Shown: positions 35,371 through 46,486, numbered from the whole stretch's first letter. The stretch is DNA of 63,405 nucleotides, filler included, from Lenisia limosa (GCA_001655205.1; 16 parts of 16 records of this genome joined end to end with filler, not necessarily neighbours in it), one strand, 5' to 3'. Numbers and translations: made by a program. The notes: generated by a model not told the origin, from the sequence alone.

Positions 35371-36605
35371 GGGGGACTGGGATACATAAGAATATTTGAT
35401 AATCAATTATATTAGAGCAGCATAATGGGGGGGAGGGTGAAAGAGTCTGTTGTATGATATGTAACTAACCATTATGCTCAGGCTGCCCCAGATTCCGATG
35501 GTACTTATGCCCCTGCTGAGAAGAAAAAATGCACCAATGTCGTCCCTCTCACAATCCCTGAGCGAGCCAAGCTCATCAAAGATACCATCGAGAAGTGTGA
35601 AAAGGGTCAAATTTTGCTTGATACTGTGAACTTGATGCTCCAAATTATAATGATTTCATATTGTATTCACTGGGTGCTGTGTTTGCTCGCATTGTTTCAA
35701 TTTTCTCAATACAAGGAATCAATTTTCTAGGAGCACAAAGCCAAGTTGGAGCGTGAGCGTATTGCCACCCATGCCGTTGCCAAGAAGGTCAGAGCTCGAG
35801 GCACAGTTGTCCCCAATGCTACTGTCCCCAAGGCAACTGACAAGTGCCGCTCTCCTGCTGGAAGAAATACCAAGAAGGCCCAAAAGGCCAAATGTATCTT
35901 TTTCTGTCTTTCACGATTCTAAAGAAATAGAGTTGATTTCTTTTTCAACATGTCCTTGTATCGATGATGCTTGCCATTCTTTTTTGTTGAATATTACAAT
36001 TATAGAATGATGTTTCAAGTCATTTTTCAAATAAGGTGACATGGGGATATGGGAATTTGAAAAATAACTAAAAAGACGGAAATGACAAGAGAGAAAAAAA
36101 AAGAAAAAAAAAATCTCAAGCTGTCCGGGAATTTTGAATGTTGTCCAGAGCTTTGAGGACTCACATATACCAATTATTAACCATTCACATTTATATACCT
36201 ATATACATAGATCCGGAAACAAAGGCAACATGTCATCAGTGTCATCAGTTTCTTCATCAGCGTCAAGGTCACCCTTTACCCGAGTCACCCAGAACGTCAG
36301 CAGTTTCCCCCTGTATACCCCATCATTCGACACACCACCCACCAAGGCTACCAAGCCCCCATCTCCACCCCAAATCAAGAAGACACTCTTCCATACGCCG
36401 TCAGGCCCCTCTAAGAAGACAAAATTAACTTCAACTTCAGTTAGATCACTCATGAGCCTGATGAAGCACCCTGTCTCCAAGGTCGCTACATCCGTCAATG
36501 CTTCATCTTCAGCCGCAGCTCCATGTCTGAAGGCAAATTATCCTCTTTAGCCACAACTTTGAAGGCCTTTTGGATCTGTCCCAGTTGAAATTCTAAAAGT
36601 TCTTC

Positions 36606-37000
36606 CTAAAAATTTTCTTGGGACACCTTCTTTGCCACTTGGCGCGCCTTCTCCTTGTACAGCTCTTCAAGACTTTTTTTCTTAGCTACATGCTTCGCTC
36701 CCTCCTTTTCCAGCGCATTCTCACTACGCTGTCTTCTCCGAGATTCGTTTTGGAGATATTGTTGTTGACGAGCCTCCAGGATATCGCATTTTGCGTTTTT
36801 TTCCGCCTTACGCAACTCCTCAGCCTTCTGAAACTCCATCTTCTCCGCTTCCAAACGACGAGCCTCGAGTTCTTCCATCTTCTACTTAATCGCATTTTCC
36901 TCTTGGATCTGACGCTACTTGTTCTCTTCCAGAGTCTTGCAAAGTCTTGTAGCCACAACCTTCTTCTTTTCCTCCAGCAGGACCTCCTTCAACCACTTCT
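36606..37000 (-). pseudogene. Charged coiled-coil coding remnant with in-frame TAGs
   Basis: LEEKKKVVATRLCKTLEENK*RQIQEENAIK*KMEELEARRLEAEKMEFQKAEE. Confidence 0.4.
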
Positions 37001-38507
37001 GTTTCAGAATCGGAGTCAAAACCAACTGCAATTGAGGATCTTTGCACAGCTATATCCGTTTTGCTGGCAATTGTCTTTTCAGGTCCAAAATCTATAAAAC
37101 AACACTAAAAATGGTTCTCTTCCCCTTCATTTCCAACGAATGCCTCCTCTAAACGTAGCCAGAGCCATTCCTTTTCTTTAAAAACGGGAAGAATGGATTT
37201 TACGAATAATTTACGGTTAATGATGACCAAAGATGATGATAAAGCTCCCTTTAATCTCCAACAATATTCACACCAATCGAAAATATGAATCATGGAAAAT
37301 ACCTAATCCAATAGGTACAGTTGAGTAAAAATGTACCCACTTGTATAGTTAGTCATAGTCAGAAAGATAGTTAAGTGAGAGAAGTTGAAAGTGAATCTCT
37401 TAAAAACCCCATCTGTCAATGAATTTTTAAGCCACAGACCCCATATTATAAATATATCAATATGCAGAGCAAAGAATATAGCTTAGCTTGGTTGGTTATC
37501 AAACACAATGCTCAACAAAGTACACTATCACAAAATGAGAATACACAAGATCGATCTGACAAAATAATTTAAGCCCAATCTTCATATAGGAATTGTGTTG
37601 AATCCAATTACCCCTTTTGAAGCCAAAAAGTGGTGGCAATCCAGGTAATAATTCAACACATTCGATCGCACCATTTGAAACTCATCTTCTTCATTCATTC
37701 GGACTGGGGACAAGTTCCAATGTGAGTACAAAACTCTTGATCAACCAACCTATGAGGGAGTTATGCTTGATAAATGTGATGGGTAAGGTGAAATATTAAT
37801 AATATCACTTTAGCATCACAACTGATAGCAGGTGATGTATGACGTATGCGATTAAAAATGCTTAAATAGAAGATTGATATTCTAAGGAGACGAGAGACAG
37901 AGCACACAGTACAAACAATTGACCAGAACTTGAAAATTTATTGCTGAGTTGTAAGTCTGCGCCGGTAGTTATTTATTTCTAGACAACTAGAACATGAGGT
38001 TCGGATCAAAACAAAATGGGTTGAAAGAAACACAAATTTCTTTGGATTTATGGCAATACGATTTAATTCTATCATCAAATCAAGACAATTATTCAATGAT
38101 TTTTGAGACCTTTTAAAAGTATACAAATGTCAATAATGGTAAAATCCAGCTCACAGCAGGCCTTTTGCGCTTCAAGGGTGGAGGAGTCTCAAGAGCAGAG
38201 GATGGGGTCTCCAAAAGGGAAGGNNNNNNNNNNNNNNNNNNNNNNNNNNNNNNNNNNNNNNNNNNNNNNNNNNNNNNNNNNNNNNNNNNNNNNNNNNNNN
38301 NNNNNNNNNNNNNNNNNNNNNNNNNNNNNNNNNNNNNAATAATAGTGCAATGTGAGCAAAGCTTGGTTCATGCCTCACAGTTGCCAGGACGACGGTCCCA
38401 ATGATGATGCGTAGTTTATTGTATAATTCATCAAGAAAAGCAAGATTGGGCGATTTTACCGAATTAAAACTCTTTTTACAGTACAGATATTATCAGAAAC
38501 TGGATAA

Positions 38508-38788
38508 AGACAGATGGAGGCGCATATAGGAGGAGTTCTAACAAGGGCCAAAGACAGGTCCTTCAAATCGTCAAAGCACCAAAGAATTGACATTGATGAA
38601 ACTAAATACTATATATTGATTAACTAGAAGGTGTTTTGCTTGGTAAAAAAAAAAAACAGGTGGTCAAAGATCGCTGATCACAAAAATTATGAGATCTGAT
38701 CACCAAACTTTTTTTAAAAAAATAAGTCCCCTGTTTGGCCCATTTCCTCATATTTGTCCATTATTTTTCTTCTTTTCACGCAATTATA
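38508..38788 (+). repeat. ~280-bp dispersed repeat, copy 2
   Basis: Matches 4871-5150; homology stops where the foldback at 38787 begins. Confidence 0.9.
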
Positions 38789-38868
38789 CCCATTTGATTT
38801 GAGACTTTTGCTTTTGTTTTGTCACATTGTAGACAAAACAAAAGCAAAAGTCTCAAATCAAATGGGTA
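38787..38868. mobile_element. Perfect 37-bp foldback with TA ends (TIR-only mini-element)
   Basis: tacccatttgatttgagacttttgcttttgttttgtc-acattgta-gacaaaacaaaagcaaaagtctcaaatcaaatgggta. Confidence 0.75.
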
Positions 38869-39160
38869 ATTAAGGCATATTGACCTTGTCAGTATCTACC
38901 TCTGAGCTTAACTACAGGTTTGCATCATTTTCTGTGTTTCTAAAAAAGTTTGTGAAAGCTTATCAAAATATAGATGGACTAAGAACATGACTGTCATCGT
39001 ATGTCATGCATGCCCTAGCATCTTGCTACGTTTATACGTATATGTGGCCGTCAAATTTGACAACTTGCGTCAAGATATGTAATTTCGTCCATACTGTTTT
39101 CTTTTACTAATGGTGACATTTATCCCATCTCAAATCATTGCATTCATCAATTCAATGTAG

Positions 39161-40190
39161 CCTGTCGATAATGGCGTTGCTGCTTCATGTCCAATTGCGA
39201 AAAGTGGGGCCGCAACTCTCATCACGGTATACCAAAGCAAGCAGCATGCCAAGTCACTGCCCATTGAATCATGTGTGAAGATACTCTGCCAAGCAGTAGC
39301 TGATGTCTCAAAAGCCACTGTTCATCACTCCTTTGCCACCACCGGTGTCGTAACGCAACACACACCGACCTGCCCCACGCTTCCAATCGAATTCAACACA
39401 ACGGAGGTTGACAAGGCTCTACCAGTTGGTGTGAAGCAAGTCAACCCCAAGGCCATATCCCCCAATAAGTACTCGGGATGTGGCCAGTTGCCTCAGGGTT
39501 CAATTCTTGTAAAACCATCTGGTACGTGCTTCGAGGTCGACCACAGCGTATATACTCCTACCAGACGACACACACTCCCACATATTGTCAAGCCATAGGA
39601 AAAGTGCATCCGATACCAGCTGAAGGACGCGGAAAGCCACGAATTATCCCTCAATATAAGGGACCCCGAAAACTTGGAAAACGACGATGAAGGAGTCAAG
39701 ACAGGAAAGGACATGGATGAAAATTGTAAGCAAGTGTGGACTGAATTTGTCTTCTTTGGATGTCATTAAAGCAAGCCAAGAGATCGAAGAGCAAAAGAGA
39801 ATTGAAATTCTGGAAAGGGAAGAAAAGGAGAAAGACAAGGTTGAAATAACGAAAATAAAAGAAGAGGAGAAGGCTACAAAGGCAAAGCAGCGAGAAGAAT
39901 CGAGGCTTCGAAGACTAGAAGAAAGAGAGAAGAAAGAGGAAGCAAAGAGAATTGCCGCTCAAAAAGGGGACAAATTGAAGATTCAAAATTTAAAGAAGAA
40001 AAAAAAGGCAACCAAAGAAAAGAAGAAGATAGAAAGTGACGAGAGAGAGAGCGACAACAGTGACGGTCACGAGGAGGACAATCACCAAATCGTTGATGTA
40101 ATTGGTGGAAGGTCCGACGGTCAAGGATATTTCTCAGCGCCACCAACTGCTATTTGGGGACTGTTTCCTTATTCAACGTGACATCCAAAG
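39161..40190 (+). pseudogene. Decayed pogo/DDE_1-like transposase C-terminus, charged linker and chromodomain-like tail
   Basis: PVDNGV....IESCVKILCQAVADVSKATVHHSFATTGV matches the QPLDxGV...AW..V...TI...F...G pattern. K/E-rich ORF 39687-40181; tail QIVDVIGGRSDGQGYF...PYST*HPKL. Confidence 0.45.
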
Positions 40191-40795
40191 TTGACAGCTA
40201 CCTCCTTGCATCGCCGTATCAGATGTCAGTTTTTGATAGTTACCAACAAAGAGCCTCAGACGCAACCCTGTATTTTTACTATTTGAAGCAGGAGTGGCCC
40301 TGAGTCATTTTATTGTTTTTATGAATGCAGAAGGATTTTAACAACAACAACCAACCCCTTTCCTCCTTGGCCATCACAAGGGTTTGTTTTTAGTGATGGT
40401 AATGTAAATTGAAAATAACCTGCCACAGAAGATCCATGATGAGCTAATGCATCAATCACAACTTGTGGTGAAGTTGATAGACCCGACACCCGATTGTTTT
40501 TGTCGGGTCTAAATCGGGTTTCCTTGTCCACGCCCTGTTTTCCCCTTTCCCTTTTCGAAGCCTAATAGTGATATTTATTAGTGTAACGGCCTCTTGCTAG
40601 AGGGAGAGGTGACATGACGTCATGAAGTCGCCACTTTAACGCGTTCCCGGACACAACACCCGATTTTTTGTGTCTTCCACTGGAGGTGAAACGTGTATGA
40701 TGAAACTGTGAATCTGTGAATAATATATTTATGCGATGAAGTGAGAAGAAGTGAAGAACATTCGGCAATCTCACAAACGCGACGAACAAACCCGA

Positions 40796-40861
40796 TTAGC
40801 ACTAGCTGGTCCTATTCTGGTGGAACTTGTGTTCCACCAGAATAGGACCAGCTAGTGCTAA
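40796..40861. repeat. Perfect 31-bp inverted repeat with a 4-nt loop
   Basis: ttagcactagctggtcctattctggtggaac-ttgt-gttccaccagaataggaccagctagtgctaa. Confidence 0.95.
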
Positions 40862-40862
40862 A

Positions 40863-41103
40863 ATGACCTCTTTCGAGATTCGACTTGAGGATGGAGCCAC
40901 CCCTGGCGAGGTACAGGCTGAATCCAGCGCATTCGACGTTCGTGAAGGAACAGCTGGACAGGTTGCTGAGTTCTGGCGCTATTGCCATGGGCCGCACCAG
41001 TAATGGTGGTTAACAATGGTAAAAAGCTATGTATGGTAGTGGAGAGCGCCAATGCTGTTATCCAAGACATTTTCGTAATCTACACTTTGAATGACGTTGA
41101 CTG
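40863..41103 (+). pseudogene. Ty3/Gypsy reverse transcriptase N-terminal remnant
   Basis: Across frameshifts: FEIRLEDGATP / RYRLNPAHSTFVKEQLDRLLSSGAI / PWAAPVMVVNNGKKLCMVV, the start of a Gypsy RT. Confidence 0.8.
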
Positions 41104-41114
41104 AGATCTGGCTG

Positions 41115-41205
41115 CTATTTCTCTGAATCGGTCTCTTGCTTTTATTAATGGGGTTGTTGCTCTCAATCTAATTTGAAACACAAACTTCTGAAGATGTAAA
41201 AGTTC
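41115..41205 (+). pseudogene. Inverted partial duplicate of the EF1-beta 5' region
   Basis: tatttctctgaatcggtctcttgct(-)tttattaatggggttgttgctctcaatctaatttgaaacacaa matches the reverse complement of ~41895-41990. Confidence 0.85.
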
Positions 41206-41382
41206 GGATCACAATTTACGAAATTATTTTACCTCCGAACACAAGGATACCTTTTTAGTCATGTTTTGTTGTTGAGACAAGTTTAATTGATGGACCTTTA
41301 GTCCAGTGTTTCTAGTGTTATAGAGAAGTACAGAAGGTGACCTGACCCAACATTTTATAACCTCCAAGGAAATACATTTTCT

Positions 41383-42001
41383 TTAAAGTTTTGTCATTGC
41401 CGCAATATCTACCGATTGAACATCGTCTTCAAAGCCCATGAGCTCCTCTTCAAGGGAATCCAAAGAAACTAAAGAATCAACCACAACGCAGGTAATTTGT
41501 ATTTTTTTCACTCCATACGCAATATCAACAAATTTAGCTAATTAGATTAAATAAGCAACCAATTTGCCATTCCAAGCCTTCCATTTGGATATTTCGGATT
41601 TTTGATTCAAGAGCAATGAGATTAGTATCTTCTCCCCATGGTTTGACTTCATAAATTACAGCAGTTTTTCCAAGAGGCTTAGCCGCAGCCTTCTTTTCCT
41701 CTTCTTCTTTCTTTTTTTTAGCAAGCATGGCCCTTGTCTCTTCTTCATCATCATCATCTCCAAATAAATCAATGTCATCATCTTCATCAGCTGCGGTGGT
41801 AGCGCTAAGCTCTTCAGCAGTCATAGATTTAAGATGGCGGAACCACCTCATAAGATGAGGAAATTCGGGGGCTGATGTGAATGAATTGAAAACTTTGACA
41901 TCTTCTTCAGAAATTGTGTTTCAGATTAGATTGAGAGCAACAAACCCATTAATAAAAGACCTTTCAGCAAGAGACTGATTCAGAGAAATAAGACCTTCCA
42001 T
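41383..42001 (-). CDS. EEF1B: Translation elongation factor 1-beta
   Basis: [20 protein letters not shown]|[61 protein letters not shown]|[34 protein letters not shown]. Introns 41918-41941 (24 nt, GT..AC) and 41538-41560 (23 nt, GT..AG). The true start may lie in an upstream exon. Confidence 0.92.
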
Positions 42002-42991
42002 TTCTTTCCTCAAAAAAAAAGGGTAAATAAGAATTCGTATTATGGGTTTATTTAACTCAAAAAAATTCTATTCCAATAAATCTTGTACAGTAATATATGC
42101 ACTTAGTACACCAAAGAATGCTCGTTTATCATATTATAATTTCTTCTGAAATTGTCTTGTGTTTCAGATTATTCCCAGAGGGCTGACATTTTTTTGCTTT
42201 TGCGTTTTTTGCTGTACATTGCCAAAAGACTAACCTTCTTTCGATTACCGGGGGTTTCAGAGGCCGCAACCAGTGATGCAAATTTCTGAAGATGGGGAAT
42301 GGGTGTCAATGGAAATTGGGAAGGTACGGTGTCAATAGTTGGTTGAGGTTGTGGATGGGGCTGAGGCAGTGGGCTTTCCTGTCTGCACACAAGGTACTTA
42401 TTCAGTGAATGAAAAAGGGATCGGTGATAAGACTCAAGAGAAGAGGAGGGTGAAGTAGAACATAAACTTGTAAATACCATCTCCAAACCGTCAGTCCATC
42501 AGAGCTTGTTCTCAAAAGGTCATAATGTAATTTACATACACGGTAGAGGCCGTTAGCTCTTTTACAGTGACAGGCGCCGAATGAAGTGTAAATTGGTTTC
42601 TACACTGAAAAACTATTCCGTTCTCCACTTTGACATTAACTGCTGAAAAGCTTGTGCAATTACTAAAAATGCCTATTCTCAATTATTTCCACGATTTCTT
42701 TTGAACTGATATTATATGAACCGTCTAAATAGTATCAATCGAAAGGTTACAAAATAATTTTGTTTTCATGCTACAATCACACATTAGAGAAGCCATGATT
42801 GAGAAATACATGAAACTATAATAAAAACAAAAGTTCATTTGCAATCATTATTGTTTTTTTTTCTTCTTTTCCTTCGTTTTTTCTTCGTCGGGATGAACTC
42901 GGCTTTCATCTTATTGGCGGACCTTAAAAAATTATGACATTCTTGTTGGTCTTATACAAGGCAGAAATTAAAGAAAAAGGATCTTATAGAG

Positions 42992-43092
42992 CTGAACGAA
43001 ACAAGGGTACTGAACGGAACATAGGTGGTACTGAACGAAACATTGTAATGAATGAAACATGGGTGGTATTGAACGAAACAAGCCTGGTACCA
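42992..43092 (+). repeat. Degenerate ~19-21-bp tandem array with a GAACGAAACA core, 5 units
   Basis: ctgaacgaaacaagggta / ctgaacggaacataggtggta / ctgaacgaaacattgtaat / gaatgaaacatgggtggta / ttgaacgaaacaagcctggta. Confidence 0.75.
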
Positions 43093-43649
43093 GGGTGGTT
43101 TAAGGGTACCGGCAGACCGGGCCAAAATTGCCATTTCGGTAGCTGCCCGAAGAAAAGCTGTCATACGGCGCCGTAAAGGCTTAAATCCGAGCCAACATAC
43201 ACCTTTATTCCCATTAGAGCGGGGAAGATGCACTATTTTGAAGAATATTAGTTATGAATTTGACAGTGAACCTCTTGCTCCTTTAGCGAAAAAATAATGA
43301 TTCTACATTGTTTTCGAGGGTCTTTGGAAGACGACAATACTCTTTTACACTCCACGTTTTAGTCAACAAAATCAGAGATCATGGCAAATCAAAAAATCAC
43401 TGATCAATGATATGCCTTTTTGCCAATCTTTGCTCCTGGGTTTGAGATTATGTTCGTTTACAATACAGAACAGCCGCTGATGGATTTTTTGGAACCAACT
43501 AATTTTTTTGGTTTACACCCTCCATTCCCATCCTTCCAATCCACCTGTTTCTTTTACCCTTCTTACTTTTATTTAGCTTTGGCCTAATCAGGTACGCCTA
43601 GTTTTGATAGGGTTTGATGCTTGGGTTCTTTAGCTAACTTCCATTTAAT

Positions 43650-44345
43650 ATGTTTTAACTCTGCTTGACTACAAACACTTCAAACCTCTCAGCCGCCTCG
43701 GCTTCCGATGGCAAACGTTTACAATCTCTTACGGGAGAACATTGTCACCTCGAATGGTACGGTTTTTGATGAAGAAGAAAGCTCAATTTGTGCATTTTGT
43801 GATAGTCCATGCAATCCTTTCTGGAATAATGAAATTAACATTCCAATATTGTTGTCGGTTTTTGCTTTGTCTCATCATGAATATTTTTTCCTTTTCTTCT
43901 TCTCAGATACCTTTTTCAAAATCCAAAGGCATGCAACCACCATCGTGGGAGAATTTATCAGGAAACAAAATCATTTTCGATGCCACCATTTGTTGAAAAT
44001 ACAAAGCAGAAAAAAAGACAAGTATTGAGATTGCTAGACTTGAAAAGGCCAAAAAGAATCAGCTACTGATTGAAACAAATGAGCTGCAAATAAAAGTACA
44101 ACAAAAGCTACCAGTTTCAAAGTCTGCCTTATTTTTTTACTCAGTTTTATCAAATGGGGATGGCCCTCTACCAATTTTCATTGCTCTCAGAATATCTCCT
44201 CTTCGATATGCTTCAGCAGCAGTTTTTTTGTGTAATTAGCAAAATGTCGCTCATAGAAGAAGCATTTATACGCCAGTACCAAAATTTTTTCCATGCCTCT
44301 GAACAGTTTTATATCCCGGGAATTCGGCATCTGGGACTTGCAGTG
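43650..44345 (-). pseudogene. Possible decayed YqaJ/lambda-exonuclease-like nuclease
   Basis: Frameshifted pieces: QG..CSEAWKKFWYWRINASSMSDIL (cf. Q.S..W...R..RITAS), RAMKIGR (cf. AM..G), and KMILFPDKFSHDGGCMP..KGI*EEEK. Judged by eye only. Confidence 0.3.
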
Positions 44346-45314
44346 CCTTGATGGGGTTAGTGAAACTGCTAAAGGGCTTGACTGACTCAACATTTGGAAT
44401 TTCAGATAAATCGGTTTTTGGAATTTGGTTTGTAAGTTTTTTTGACAATGAAAGGGAAAGTTCAAATAAATGATGAGATAAATCTTTCATTTTTTTTGTG
44501 AACTTCGTGTGGGTTTTCTATTTCCTTAATACTGTCAATTTTGCTTAACTCCTCAACAAATTTGGTGTGAAAATCAAAAATATCGACCGGTGTCGGCTTA
44601 TCAAGGTCTTCAAGCCCGTTCACGTTTTTTAGAGCACTTGTTTTATAGCAGGACTATAAGAAAGAAAAATTCAATATTATAGAACTTAACCCAGGGAAAG
44701 CAAAAAAGTTTGATCTGTCGAAAACTTCAATTATCGTATTTGTATCCAAATCTAACTCTTCATCCATAATACTGTCCTCAAATTTTGATGCAAGGTCTAA
44801 TAAAGCTTCTTTTGGATCTGAGTTTCCGGTCAGAATCTTCTCGTCGTCCTCTTTTGAAAATAAGTCTTCCTCATCCGCAAATATAAAACCATCTCTTTCG
44901 GTATCTTCATTTTAATCGACAAAAACACATTCATTTTCATCATTTATGTCATCAGCTTCTTCATTTTCCCATCAAAGTCTTTTTCCTGATCACTATCCGA
45001 AATACACTTTGCCTTTTTTATCTCTCTTGTACTCTTTTTTTGCCTCACGTCCCTTCATCATTAAACAGGTCTCATTACCAAAAAGTGACACCATTGCAAG
45101 CATAAACAATTTCATTTCAAAGCTGTGACTGTAATTCATTCCGAGAAATTTAGAGACGACTTTTTTGTGTTCAAACACAAGAACATGTTTAATACTGATG
45201 CCTTCAATTAAAGCNNNNNNNNNNNNNNNNNNNNNNNNNNNNNNNNNNNNNNNNNNNNTTAATTAATTAANNNNNNNNNNNNNNNNNNNNNNNNNNNNNN
45301 NNNNNNNNNNNNNN

Positions 45315-45452
45315 GCTCTATAATGCTCACAAGTTCTATAATGCTAACAAGCTCTATAATGCTCACAAGTTCTACAATGCTAACAAGCTCTATAATGCTC
45401 ACAAGTTCTATAATGCTAACAAGCTCTATAATGCTAACAAGCTCTATAATGG
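45315..45452. repeat. 18-bp tandem repeat (36-bp higher-order unit), about 7.5 units, running into the scaffold edge
   Basis: gctctataatgctcacaa alternates with gttctataatgctaacaa. Confidence 0.95.
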
Positions 45453-45567
45453 AACGAGGGCTGAAAGAAAGCAGAATAATATTCCTGTATTTTTAAGGTG
45501 TCAAAGTCAAATGTATACAGAGACAGTGGTGCACCATTCCGCTTATTAGGGGTATTGGATGATAGTT

Positions 45568-45645
45568 AGGGCTTCACTTCGGTTCGAAAATAGACTGAAT
45601 TTCTCGATAAAACCGATATTTCGTGGGGGGGTTTCGAACCAAGCC
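45568..45645. mobile_element. MITE family A copy
   Basis: agggcttcacttcggttcgaaaatagactgaatttctcgata...tttcgaaccaagccc. Confidence 0.8.
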
Positions 45646-45679
45646 CAATATGACATAATATTATCACCTTGCTAACCTC

Positions 45680-46486
45680 AAAGACCGCGCCTGACAATGG
45701 AGAGGCTATGAAACCCTGGCACCTTCAATCCAAGTTCGACCAGGAGGTAAGGGGCAAATATTCTTATCAGTCCACATAAAATCAATAGCTTTGCCTCACT
45801 ATAATATTCATATGAAGACGATGTAGTCATTTTTTAAAAACTAAACAGTGCACACATTAACATCCTCTCATATTACATACACAGATATAATGATCCCTTC
45901 CCACGCTCTATTGTGGCACGTTTCACACCACCAGTCCGCAAGTCCTCTTCCATCGCACGGTGTGGAAGCCTCATCAAAGGACTCCATGGTGTATCAGCGG
46001 TGGGGGGTCTTTTCAGAGCAAGAAAACACACCAAATAAAAAAAATATGAGAGGGAGGGCTTCACTTCGGTTCGAAAAAGATTGAATTTCTTGATAAATCC
46101 TCGAAAACTATCGATAATTTCCCAAACTTTTTCGGTCCGAAGTGAAGCCCTTGATACATGGAGTCACCCCTGAGATATTCAGCGCTTCTTTTTATGTGGT
46201 GTCAGCGGTGGGGCCAGAGCGAGACAATACATTAAATGTAATATGATAGGGGGGCGGGGTAATATATGACAGCAGTATACCACAACGAGTCTGATAATAT
46301 ATAAAATAAAATTAGTATTTATTAGTCTAATTACTCCAGTGTTGTCACATTTATTTGTCTTACCGGCCCAGATATTACCACCTCTTCCGAGAAGGCGAAT
46401 TGGAGGAGTTGGTGCTGGCAGCAGGTGGAAATGTTGTGCGGGGAGGCTACGACCATGAAAATTGGTGGGTCATTTTGTCCAAATAA
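45680..46486 (+). CDS. TRM9: 3' part of a tRNA U34 carboxymethyluridine methyltransferase (Trm9/ALKBH8-type)
   Basis: Last exon 46372-46486, RYYHLFREGELEELVLAAGGNVVRGGYDHENWWVILSK*, matches the Trm9/ALKBH8 C-terminus RYYH.F.EGEL...YD..NW. An upstream exon contains PWHLQ. Confidence 0.75.
46055..46151. mobile_element. MITE family A, near-consensus copy
   Basis: agggcttcacttcggttcgaaaaaga...ttttcggtccgaagtgaagccct. Confidence 0.9.

Noticed and set aside
40319-40531. ORF MDKETRFRPDK.. as a LINE ORF1 or RRM protein
   Set aside because: Only a vague resemblance, with no motif I can defend.
42480-42600. SWIM zinc finger (GACHCKRANGLYRVCKLH) of a MULE transposase
   Set aside because: The CxC..CxH spacing is imperfect and no transposase core was found nearby.
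42992-43092. CRISPR or iteron array
   Set aside because: Degenerate ~20-bp units with no spacer-length unique sequence and no prokaryotic genes nearby.
45315-45452. CRISPR-like array
   Set aside because: The units are contiguous with no unique spacers, the context is eukaryotic, and there are no cas genes.
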